Assembly: GCA_044229845.1 (NCBI GenBank)
Contig: JBGASG010000001.1
Span: 192,001-256,000 of the forward strand
DNA: 64,000 nt
Source of the DNA: Candidatus Obscuribacteraceae bacterium
GTDB taxonomy: Bacteria; Cyanobacteriota; Vampirovibrionia; Obscuribacterales; Obscuribacteraceae
Direction of reading: 5' to 3'
Part shown: in pieces, positions 1-8,592 of the stretch
Layout: every line of letters starts with the position of its first letter
How positions within the stretch are numbered: the first letter of the stretch is position 1
The notes under the pieces: model-generated
What the model was told of the DNA's origin: nothing
The model's input: only the letters and a program-made list of their open reading frames with translations
Databases searched by the model: none
Program-made: the position numbers and the translations under genes

Positions 1-14
1 TGACTAGGCAACTT

Positions 15-1226
15 GTGCCGTTGTTTGCGTTTCTGCTGCTGGCTATGAGTATTGGCTCGGACAGCTGGGCGGCAGATCCCAAACAAGCAGGACAGGTGCA
101 ACCGCCCGGCGAAGACACCTTTGCGGTGGCAAAAGTGCAGAGCGTTCAGGCTCCGCAACTCAATCAAGAGTTGCTGTCACGCACCGGCATGGTCAGCAAG
201 AACCAGCGGGTGCAACTGGAAATTCAGGAAGGTCCCCTGAAAGGCAAGTCGGTGACCGTCGATAACCAGATGGGCGACAATCCGGCGTACAACGTCAACC
301 CGGCGCCCGGCGATGAAGTGATTGTAGCCATTACTGAAAACGGCACGCCCAATGGTCAGCCCGAGATTAACATAGCCGACTTTCACCGGGTGCCACCACT
401 TGCGGTGCTGTTTGCCATCTTCATGGCCGTCTATCTGTTTTTCGGCGGCACCAAAGGGCTGAAGTCGTTGATCGGTTTGGGAGTCGCTATCGCCCTGGTG
501 GCTTTCATTCTCTTGCCGTGCAGTCTGCGCGGCATCGACCCGCTTTTGACGGCTGTCGGCATCTGCATCGTCGCCGCCGCCACCACTGTTTGTTTCGTCG
601 CCGGGTTCGGCAAAAAAGCCATGGCGTCTTTGCTCGGCACCGCAGGTGGTGTGTTGATCGCCGGACTGGCATCGTTCATCACCATTCAAACCGCTCACTT
701 AACCGGATTGGCCACTGAAGAAGTACAGATACTGCGCGGCTCTGTATTGCATCAACCACCACAGTTTTTCACCGGCTTGCTGGCTGCGTCCATGCTGATT
801 GGCGCGTTGGGGGTAATAATGGACGTCGCCGTTTCTGTCGCTTCCGCCATGCAGGAAGTCAGTCTCGCCGATCGCAGCTTGAATGCAAAACAACTCTACG
901 CAACTGGAATGAATGTCGGTCGCGACATTATGGGAACGATGACTTCCACGCTGATTCTGGCTTACGCAGGCAGCGCTCTGCCGCTTTTGATGCTGCTGTC
1001 CAACACCCCCAGCATTAAACTCTTCAATCTAGATCTGGTTGCCACCGAAGTTGCCGCCTCATTGACGGGCAGCATCGGGCTGGTTTGCACCATACCGCTG
1101 ACGGCATTTCTAGGTGCACGTTTCTTCTCTAACAATGTCAGCGATGGCGCTCTGGAAAAATTGGGTGAGCAGCCGGCTCCGGCTATGTCGTCGACGCGAG
1201 GATCACCGGAGTGTCTCGACGGGTAG
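15..1226 (+). CDS. YibE/F family membrane protein
   Basis: N-terminal soluble beta domain, then many TM helices with GALGVIMDVAVSVAS, GRDIMGTMTSTLILAYAG and GSIGLVCTIPLT motifs typical of YibE/F; the start may lie upstream of the window. Confidence 0.85.
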   Translation: MPLFAFLLLAMSIGSDSWAADPKQAGQVQPPGEDTFAVAKVQSVQAPQLNQELLSRTGMVSKNQRVQLEIQEGPLKGKSVTVDNQMGDNPAYNVNPAPGDEVIVAITENGTPNGQPEINIADFHRVPPLAVLFAIFMAVYLFFGGTKGLKSLIGLGVAIALVAFILLPCSLRGIDPLLTAVGICIVAAATTVCFVAGFGKKAMASLLGTAGGVLIAGLASFITIQTAHLTGLATEEVQILRGSVLHQPPQFFTGLLAASMLIGALGVIMDVAVSVASAMQEVSLADRSLNAKQLYATGMNVGRDIMGTMTSTLILAYAGSALPLLMLLSNTPSIKLFNLDLVATEVAASLTGSIGLVCTIPLTAFLGARFFSNNVSDGALEKLGEQPAPAMSSTRGSPECLDG

Positions 1227-2107
1227 TCTACGGCTGGAGCCTGTTCTTCGCGGCCGCGGTGGCGCTGATGGCGGGCGGCATCTGGTGGGCGTTGGGGCTG
1301 GCAACCGTGTCGGTCCTGGCCGGCAATGAATTCATCGGCTTGGTGCAAGCCAAGGGCATTCGTCCGTCGCCGCGCATTATTCGCGCCATGATCATCGCCT
1401 TCGTGGCGGTCGGAACTTTGCCGCAAGTGCCGGGATTGCACGTGACGTGGGACCCGCTGTTTGCCTTTCCACTGGTGGTTGTCGTTGGAGTTTGCGCTTC
1501 GTTTTTCCGCCTCTTATTCCGCGACCTCGATCCGCCTGCCACCATATCTGATATCGCCACCACTGTCCTCGGATTTCTCTATTGCGGGTTTATGCCCAGC
1601 CATCTGGCGCTTCTGCGCAATTTAATCGATCCCGGCATGCCGCTTCCCGCCAATCCGCTCTATCAGCCGGGCGTCGCTTATGTGTGGGTGACGCTGTTCA
1701 TTATTTTTGCCACGGATGTGTTTGCGTACTATGGCGGCAAACATTTCGGCAAACATTTGCTCTATCCGACCATCAGTCCGAAGAAAACTATCGAAGGCGC
1801 CATCTGTGGGCTCTTAGCGGCTGTTTTCTGGTCTACGGTAGTGGTCTACGTCGCCGACCACTACATATTTCAGCCACCCCCGTTTCATCTCCACATCTGG
1901 CAGGCGCCTTTAATGGGTCTCTTTGCTTCCATCGGCTGCCAACTGGGCGACTTATGCGAGTCACTGCTTAAGCGCGACGCCGGTGTTAAGGATTCGGGCA
2001 ATCTGATACCCGGGCACGGCGGCTTTCTAGATCGCGGCGACGGCTTAATCTTCGCGGGAGCCATCTGTTATTACTGGATCCGAATGTTTATGCTGCACCT
2101 GCTTTAG
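1211..2107 (+). CDS. cdsA: Phosphatidate cytidylyltransferase (CDP-diacylglycerol synthase)
   Basis: ISPKKTIEG and GDLCESLLKRDAGVKDSGNLIPGHGGFLDRGD signature; GTG start preceded by GAGGA. Confidence 0.95.
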   Translation: MSRRVVYGWSLFFAAAVALMAGGIWWALGLATVSVLAGNEFIGLVQAKGIRPSPRIIRAMIIAFVAVGTLPQVPGLHVTWDPLFAFPLVVVVGVCASFFRLLFRDLDPPATISDIATTVLGFLYCGFMPSHLALLRNLIDPGMPLPANPLYQPGVAYVWVTLFIIFATDVFAYYGGKHFGKHLLYPTISPKKTIEGAICGLLAAVFWSTVVVYVADHYIFQPPPFHLHIWQAPLMGLFASIGCQLGDLCESLLKRDAGVKDSGNLIPGHGGFLDRGDGLIFAGAICYYWIRMFMLHLL

Positions 2108-2155
2108 GACAATCGCAGGTTGTCATTCGGGTATGATATATTTCTACCTACCTCT

Positions 2156-2245
2156 GGAGAGGTGGCTGAGTGGTCGAAAGCGGCTTCCTGCTAAGAAGTT
2201 GTATGGTCAAAAGCTGTACCGAGAGTTCGAATCTCTCCCTCTCCG
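2156..2245 (+). tRNA. tRNA-Ser (anticodon GCT), CCA not encoded
   Basis: GGAGAGG/CCTCTCC acceptor stem, D-loop TGGTCGAA, anticodon arm cttc-CTGCTAA-gaag, long variable arm, GTTCGAATC T-loop, discriminator G. Confidence 0.95.
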
Positions 2246-2257
2246 AATCTTGTTCTT

Positions 2258-2290
2258 AAGCCCGGCTCTCGCAGCCGGGCTTTTTATTTG
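2258..2290 (+). terminator. Intrinsic terminator after tRNA-Ser (possibly bidirectional)
   Basis: AAGCCCGGCT-ctcgc-AGCCGGGCTT hairpin followed by a T tract. Confidence 0.85.
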
Positions 2291-2988
2291 TCGCGCGGAA
2301 ATTCGTAACCGAGGGTTCTCAGATACCAGAGCAGACCCTCGTAGAGTCCTATAGAAAGCAGCAGGACTCCGACCATTAGAATCCAGCCTTTCACTGATCT
2401 CTTGCCGTCCAGGTTCCTTTTCAGGAATTGGTTGGCTTTGGCTCCGAAAATCAGTGCAGCTGTGCCCATCGGCGCGCAGACAGCAAAGATTTTCACCAGC
2501 AGCGAGTTGATGGCAATTTCCTTTTCGTTTGCGTGCGCGAGCGTAATCGGCTCGACGATCCCAAAATACAATGTGAACGCTGCCACCAGAAGAATGACGA
2601 CACCGGCTCGTCTGTAGCCATCGAAGAAACTGTCCATCGCGCCTGGTTGGTAGCGCTCCGCGTGCCACTTGCCGCTGCGGGTGCCGGTGCTGCTGCCGAT
2701 CTGGCATTGCCCTGACAGCGCGCCGTCCGCTCCTATCGTGCCTTCGAAAACACTGCGCGGTACATCAGTGCGCGTTTGCTTGGTGAACTTTATGGCATCA
2801 CCGGTAACACTACCTGCAATCTCTCCAGTGATCACGATTGTCTCGATCATTTGACCGGTAACGGTTGAGCCGTCTTTAGTGTTGAACCGGACCTTGAAGT
2901 TATTTTTTCTGCCCGCCATCTGGTCTTCGATGGTCTGGTAGTAGCCGCGCCAGTGCCCATCTATTGGAGATTTGTTTTCGGAAGTCAT
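2284..2988 (-). CDS. Hypothetical membrane protein (N-terminal beta domain, about 3 C-terminal TM helices)
   Basis: ORF 2284..3051; ATG at 2988 chosen to avoid overlap with the upstream gene; GHWRGYY...GKWHA beta domain followed by hydrophobic helices. Confidence 0.65.
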   Translation of the reverse strand: MTSENKSPIDGHWRGYYQTIEDQMAGRKNNFKVRFNTKDGSTVTGQMIETIVITGEIAGSVTGDAIKFTKQTRTDVPRSVFEGTIGADGALSGQCQIGSSTGTRSGKWHAERYQPGAMDSFFDGYRRAGVVILLVAAFTLYFGIVEPITLAHANEKEIAINSLLVKIFAVCAPMGTAALIFGAKANQFLKRNLDGKRSVKGWILMVGVLLLSIGLYEGLLWYLRTLGYEFPRDK

Positions 2989-3010
2989 TTCTGTTGGCGT
3001 CTCGGATTTA

Positions 3011-3919
3011 TCACTGAACGTCGCGTGTGATCTGCACCAGTATGCCACCAATCACCACCAGTCCGATGCCGACGAAGCGCAGTTTATTGAACTTCTCTTT
3101 GAGAAAGACGATGGCGAAGAAATACATCAATAATGGATAGCAACCCGTAATTGTAATTACATAAGATGCGGACGCCAGCAGCAGGGCACCGAAATAGGCA
3201 TAGCGACCCACAGCCAGCGCTGCCCAGTTGAGAAACGTGTATGTCCATGCCGGCTTGTTCTTTAAGTCAATGGGTATCTTGCGCCAGCGACACCAGCCGA
3301 ACACCACGAAGAGAGTGGCGATTTCCCAGACTCGCTCGGCAAAGTACGCTTCTAAGGGAGTGGCGGTTTCAATCGCCTTTTTATCAAAGATTCCCCAGAC
3401 TCCCCAGGTGATTACACACACAACAATCAAAGCGATCAATTGCCAGCGTTCTTTGCCGGTAGGAAACGGCGCATCTCCGCCGGGCGATGCGCCTATCGCT
3501 CCGACGCCGGCAGCGATGCAAGCCGCGCCCAGCAGGCGGTCGACGACCAGTTTCTCACCGAGCAGCGGCACGGCGAGAAACTGCAAAATGAGCGGATACG
3601 CTGAGGTGATCCCGAGCACATAACTGGCTTCGGTTTTTGTCATGGACGCCATGTAGCACATGATCGCGACCGTCGAGAACAAGGCCCCCAGCGAGGTCCA
3701 GAACCAGGTCGATGGATGAATGTGCCAGTTGGGCTGGGTGAAATTGAGCAACAGATAAATGAGCGGAATGGAAACAACGCACCACATCGAATAGCGCAGC
3801 ACCACATCCGTATATTTCGCATTGTCCAGTGCCTTCTTGTCTAAGATTCCCCAGATGCTCCAGGAAGCCAGCGTTAAGAGCACATAGATGTTTAGCGTGT
3901 CGAAGGCGAAACTAGGCAT
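3011..3919 (-). CDS. EamA/DMT family transporter
   Basis: Two repeated 5-TM halves (WGILDKKA / WGIFDKKA; AVPLLGEK / AIVFLKEK). Confidence 0.85.
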   Translation of the reverse strand: MPSFAFDTLNIYVLLTLASWSIWGILDKKALDNAKYTDVVLRYSMWCVVSIPLIYLLLNFTQPNWHIHPSTWFWTSLGALFSTVAIMCYMASMTKTEASYVLGITSAYPLILQFLAVPLLGEKLVVDRLLGAACIAAGVGAIGASPGGDAPFPTGKERWQLIALIVVCVITWGVWGIFDKKAIETATPLEAYFAERVWEIATLFVVFGWCRWRKIPIDLKNKPAWTYTFLNWAALAVGRYAYFGALLLASASYVITITGCYPLLMYFFAIVFLKEKFNKLRFVGIGLVVIGGILVQITRDVQ

Positions 3920-3937
3920 CCGGTATCACAGGTGGTA

Positions 3938-4558
3938 TCACTGACCGAGCGTCAGGACGGCCAGGTAAAACTTGCCTTCGTCGCGATACTCGCGCAAATG
4001 CAATTTGAATTCGTCGCACCAGATGTCCAGCTCGGCGCGGGTCGGCATGTGATGCGGCACCAGTTGCGGCTCGTACTCGTGCAGCTGGTCGACGAATCCG
4101 CGGCCGACCGGTTGGCTGATGATCACGCACCCGCTGCCGGTGAGAAATTGAGAAACGTATTCTAGAGTCGCTTTCGGGTCGAACATGTTGGCGAAACAAG
4201 CATTGAAAAAGATGGCATCGAACTTGCCGAGCGAGGACGGCAGTTCCGTCACATCGCCGAGTTGGAAGTTGACCTGCGGATAGCGCTCTTTTGCTTCAGC
4301 AATCATTTGTTGGCTGAGGTCGCAGGCGACGATGTTTTCCGGTTTAACGCCGGCAGCCAGCATAAATTTCAACAGCACTCCGGTGCCGGTGCCCACATCA
4401 AGCACTCGTGCGTTCGAGGTCAATTCGGCGGCTTCGACTACCAGTGCGGTTCGTTCCTCGACGTCTTCCGGAACCGGGCGCGTGAAGAACCCGACGTTCT
4501 TGTCAAAAAATTCTTTCTGGTAAGCCTGGTGTGCTTCTCTGGCTTTGCTGTCCGACAT
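3938..4558 (-). CDS. Class I SAM-dependent methyltransferase
   Basis: VLDVGTGTG motif I, ACDLSQQMI motif II, FDAIFF. Confidence 0.9.
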   Translation of the reverse strand: MSDSKAREAHQAYQKEFFDKNVGFFTRPVPEDVEERTALVVEAAELTSNARVLDVGTGTGVLLKFMLAAGVKPENIVACDLSQQMIAEAKERYPQVNFQLGDVTELPSSLGKFDAIFFNACFANMFDPKATLEYVSQFLTGSGCVIISQPVGRGFVDQLHEYEPQLVPHHMPTRAELDIWCDEFKLHLREYRDEGKFYLAVLTLGQ

Positions 4559-4727
4559 GGGCGCTATCTATACGTTGACAAGATTAAAAGACCATTGCTG
4601 GCGAAGTCATTCTACATGTCCGCCAACGCAGTAAGGAGGACGCTTTTGCTAGGGTTAACCTACTTGGCGGGCGTCGACGAAACTTGATATGGTCAATCTA
4701 TATCCTCCAGTGGTGAGATGAATCGGT

Positions 4728-5504
4728 ATGACCTCGTCCTTCGACTTTGATGAAACTCTGAGCAGTGCCACACAACCGGCAAAGCCTCAGCACACGATGT
4801 CTTTGCTTCTGGTGCTGTTCGCCAGTGTCATCCTGGCGCAGATACCTTATGTCAACTGGATCTTCGGACCGATCAACACGTTTGTGACCACGGTTCACGA
4901 GATGGGGCACGCGCTGGTCTGTCTTTTGACCGGCGGTACGGTTTCAGGACTGACGATTGTCAGCGATGGACACGGACACGGCGGACTGACGTTCTGCCAC
5001 GGCGGCATGCCGTTCTTTTATTCGCAAGCCGGCTATCTGGGGGCGACGTTTTTCGGTTGTCTGCTGATTGCCTCGGCGCGTTTTCAAAAGCTGTCGCGTG
5101 TCGTGCTCGGACTGATCGGTGTGGCATTAGGTGCCAGCACCCTGCTCTTGATGTCGGGAACCATCTTCCATGAATGGCGCATTCTGGAAGGATTGGGCAG
5201 CATGTTCTGGGGACTTCTCATGTCGGCCGGCTTCATCTGGGCTGCCATCAAAATGAATGCCCGCTGGGCGAACCTGCTCTTGCTGTTTATCGGCGTGCAG
5301 ACGGCGCTCAATGCCGTACAGGGCGTGACTTATCTGATGCAGAGTTCTTTTGGAATGGGTTCGGAAGCCTGGTCTGATGCCACCAACATGGCGCAGATGA
5401 CGGGAGTGCCGGCCTTTGTCTGGGGTTTCTTGTGGGCCGCCATATCGCTGTTGATGGTGGGCGGCACGCTCTGGTTCACCTGGCACGCAGACTCTAAGAA
5501 GTAA
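4728..5504 (+). CDS. M50 family (M50B-like) membrane metallopeptidase
   Basis: HEMGH zinc motif, AGYLG, SDA motif, multiple TM helices. Confidence 0.85.
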   Translation: MTSSFDFDETLSSATQPAKPQHTMSLLLVLFASVILAQIPYVNWIFGPINTFVTTVHEMGHALVCLLTGGTVSGLTIVSDGHGHGGLTFCHGGMPFFYSQAGYLGATFFGCLLIASARFQKLSRVVLGLIGVALGASTLLLMSGTIFHEWRILEGLGSMFWGLLMSAGFIWAAIKMNARWANLLLLFIGVQTALNAVQGVTYLMQSSFGMGSEAWSDATNMAQMTGVPAFVWGFLWAAISLLMVGGTLWFTWHADSKK

Positions 5505-5576
5505 CGAAACTGCCGTCGGTGCTATATTTACCTCCCTGTGCCGGTGCTTCTTGGAAGCCCAAGTCGTGGAGGGGAA

Positions 5577-7247
5577 ATGCGAGTCGTCGAATGTGTGCCC
5601 AACTTCAGTGAGGGGCGCGATCCAAAAGTCATAGATGCGATTGCTGAGGCAGTGCGCTCGGTTGAGGGCGTTCGCTTGCTCGATGTCGATCCCGGCAAGA
5701 GCACCAATCGCACGGTCTTTACTTTCGTCGGCGAACCCGATGCCGTGGTGGAAGCGGCCTTTCAATCAATTGCCCGGGCTCAGAGTTTGATCGATATGCG
5801 CACTCACCAGGGCGCTCACCCGCGTATCGGCGCCACTGACGTCTGCCCCTTCGTGCCGGTCGCCGGAGTCACCATGGACGACTGCGTCGAGCTGGCAAAG
5901 CGCCTCGGCAAGCGTGTCGGCGAAGAATTGAAAATTCCGGTTTATCTGTACGCGGAAGCCGCTCAAGTGCCCGAGCGCTCTAATTTAGCCGACGTTCGTC
6001 AGGGCGAATACGAAGGGTTGGAAGCGCGCATGAAAAACGGCTTCCAGCCTGACTTCGGTCCGCGCGAATTCAATGCTGCCAGCGGTGCCACCGTAATTGG
6101 TGCGCGACAATTTCTGATTGCGTACAACGTCGATTTGAATACCAAGTCGACCAAGCTGGCTAACGAAGTGGCGCTCAACATCCGCGAAGCCGGGCGTGCC
6201 AAGCGTGATGAATCCGGCAACATCGTCAAAGACGAGAACGGCGTCACCGTCAAAGTACCCGGTGTATTGAAAGCCTGCAAAGCCGTGGGCTGGTATGTCG
6301 ACGAGTACGACCAGGCGCAGATCTCGATAAACCTGGTCGACTACAAAGCCACCTCCGTGCACCAGGCTTTCGATGAATGCTGCAACCAGGCGGAGACTCT
6401 GGGCATGCGTGTCACCGGCAGCGAGATTGTAGGTCTGGTGCCGCTCGAGCCCATGTTGATGGCCGGCGAGCATTATTTGCGCAAACAGGGACGCTGCGTC
6501 GGGGTCAGCGAGAAAGAACTGGTCAACGCTGCCGTGCTGTCCCTGGGACTTTCGGATGTGCAGCCGTTCGATCCAAAGAAGAAGATCATCGAGTACACAA
6601 TTGCAGACGAAGGCAAGCTGCTGCGCGACTTGAGCGTCAAAGATTTCGTCGATGAACTGGCCTCAGACAGTCCGGCTCCCGGCGGCGGCAGTGTGGCCGC
6701 CCTCTGTGGCAGCCTGTCGGCGGCACTCTCAGCGATGGTCGCCAATCTGACGCACGGCAAGAAGGGATTCGAAGACCGCAACGCCGAGATGGATGACCTG
6801 TCGGCGGCGGCGCAAAAGCTCAAGGCTAGTTTCGTCACGGCCATCGACGAAGATACAAAGGCTTTCAATAAAATCGGCGAGGCCCGCAAGCTACCCAAAG
6901 ACACCGATGAAGCGAAGAAAGCCCGCGATGCGGCGATTGAGAAGGCCAACCAGCAGGCGACCATGGTGCCCCTGGCTGTGCTGCGGGCCGCACTGGATGC
7001 GGTCGACCTGGCGACGCTGGTTGCCGAGCGCGGCAATCCCAACTGTCTGAGTGATGCCGGTGTGGCTGGATTGACAGCCAGGGCCGGCGGCGAGGGCGCT
7101 TATTACAACGTTCTCATCAACTTGCCCGGTCTCACGGAGCAAAAGTTTGCCGCCGAAGTCCGCAAGACAGCCGACTCCGTTGTCAGTGACCTTCGTGATA
7201 AAACTGATGCGCTTCATGAAAATATCCTGTCCAGGCTGTCAAAATGA
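5577..7247 (+). CDS. ftcd: Bifunctional glutamate formiminotransferase-cyclodeaminase
   Basis: ECVPNFSEGR, GAHPRIGATDVCPF, C-terminal SPAPGGGSVAA cyclodeaminase domain; ATG 5577 after GGAGG. Confidence 0.95.
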   Translation: MRVVECVPNFSEGRDPKVIDAIAEAVRSVEGVRLLDVDPGKSTNRTVFTFVGEPDAVVEAAFQSIARAQSLIDMRTHQGAHPRIGATDVCPFVPVAGVTMDDCVELAKRLGKRVGEELKIPVYLYAEAAQVPERSNLADVRQGEYEGLEARMKNGFQPDFGPREFNAASGATVIGARQFLIAYNVDLNTKSTKLANEVALNIREAGRAKRDESGNIVKDENGVTVKVPGVLKACKAVGWYVDEYDQAQISINLVDYKATSVHQAFDECCNQAETLGMRVTGSEIVGLVPLEPMLMAGEHYLRKQGRCVGVSEKELVNAAVLSLGLSDVQPFDPKKKIIEYTIADEGKLLRDLSVKDFVDELASDSPAPGGGSVAALCGSLSAALSAMVANLTHGKKGFEDRNAEMDDLSAAAQKLKASFVTAIDEDTKAFNKIGEARKLPKDTDEAKKARDAAIEKANQQATMVPLAVLRAALDAVDLATLVAERGNPNCLSDAGVAGLTARAGGEGAYYNVLINLPGLTEQKFAAEVRKTADSVVSDLRDKTDALHENILSRLSK

Positions 7248-7299
7248 GCGTTTTACGTCGTACCATGTGCTTTCTGAGAGAGACTAATCAAAAGGCGCC

Positions 7300-8592
7300 A
7301 TGAGCAAAGCAGCAGAACCCCGCAAAGAAGAGAAGGTCTTGAGAAACGAGTGGGAAACGGGTGAATTCTCCCGTGTCCAGAGCCGCCTCGATGAAGCGGC
7401 GCGGATTCTCAAAATGGATGAGAATCAAATTGCACCTATGCGGCATCCAAAGCGAGCGTTGTCGGTGGTAGTGCCGGCCCGCATGGATGACGGCACCGTG
7501 CAGACATTCGCCGGCTATCGGGTGCACCACGACATAGCGCTTGGTCCGGCCAAGGGCGGCATCAGCTTCAGCCCAACGCTCAATCTGGGATCGGTGGCAT
7601 CGATTGCCATGCTCATGTCCTGGAAGTGCGCCCTGCTCAATTTGCCTTTCGGCGGCGCTCACGGCGGTATCTGCCTGGATGCCACCAAGCTCAGCATGGG
7701 CGAACAGGAGCGCATCACGCGCCGCTACACCTCCGAAATTATCAGTTTGATCGGTCCGGATCAGGATATTCCGGGACCTGACCTCAACACCAGCGAACGC
7801 ACCATGGCCTGGATTATGGACACGTACAGTGTCAATATCGGGCACACGGTACCATCCGTGGTGACCGGCAAGCCGCGGTCCATCGGCGGTTCCCTGGGGC
7901 TGACCGAAGCCACCGGATATGGTGTGGCTCTGTGCGCCAAGCGAGCCGCGGCGCGGTTTAACCTGGGAACCGATGCTACTGTGGTCATCCAGGGTCTCGG
8001 ACAGGTCGGTTCGTCGCTGGCTCGTAGCTTGCAAGATGCCGGCTTCAACGTGATTGCCGTCTCCGGACATCAGGGTGGTGTCTACAATCCGAAAGGACTG
8101 GACCTGAAGTCCCTGCAAACACACATAGAAGAACATGGCACGATGACTGGCTTCCGCCATGCCGATGCCGTCAGCAACGAAGAATTGCTGGCTCTCAAGT
8201 GCGACATCCTGGCTCCGTGCGCGGTGCCGAACGTCATCTCCAAGCGCAACGCCGACTCTATCCAGTGCAAAGTTCTGGTTGAGGGTGCCAATGCGCCGAC
8301 GACCCCGCAGGCCGACAAGATTCTAGAAAGCAAAGGCATCATCGTGGTGCCGGACATTCTCGCCAATGCATCCGGTGTCACCGCCGGCTACTTCGAATGG
8401 GTGCAAGGCTTGATGCGGTTGATCTGGACGGAAGATGAAGTCTATCGCAAGCTCGATCAGCAAGTCGGACGCGTCTCAGACTCCGTTTTCGCCCGCGCCG
8501 ATCAGATGAAGATCTCGCTGCGTCTGGCCGCCATCACCCTGGCTGTGGAGCGCATCTGGGAAGCGCGAAACCTGCGCGGTCTGTATCCATAA
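7300..8592 (+). CDS. Glu/Leu/Phe/Val dehydrogenase-family protein, probably a non-catalytic GdhA-type regulatory subunit
   Basis: GPAKGG, VVTGKP, VEGANAP, YFEWVQ and RGLYP motifs; catalytic GGxKGG reads GGAHGG. Confidence 0.85.
   Translation: MSKAAEPRKEEKVLRNEWETGEFSRVQSRLDEAARILKMDENQIAPMRHPKRALSVVVPARMDDGTVQTFAGYRVHHDIALGPAKGGISFSPTLNLGSVASIAMLMSWKCALLNLPFGGAHGGICLDATKLSMGEQERITRRYTSEIISLIGPDQDIPGPDLNTSERTMAWIMDTYSVNIGHTVPSVVTGKPRSIGGSLGLTEATGYGVALCAKRAAARFNLGTDATVVIQGLGQVGSSLARSLQDAGFNVIAVSGHQGGVYNPKGLDLKSLQTHIEEHGTMTGFRHADAVSNEELLALKCDILAPCAVPNVISKRNADSIQCKVLVEGANAPTTPQADKILESKGIIVVPDILANASGVTAGYFEWVQGLMRLIWTEDEVYRKLDQQVGRVSDSVFARADQMKISLRLAAITLAVERIWEARNLRGLYP

Noticed and set aside
2156..3010. 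Integrative element at tRNA-Ser
   Set aside because: No integrase and no duplicated tRNA 3' end seen in the window
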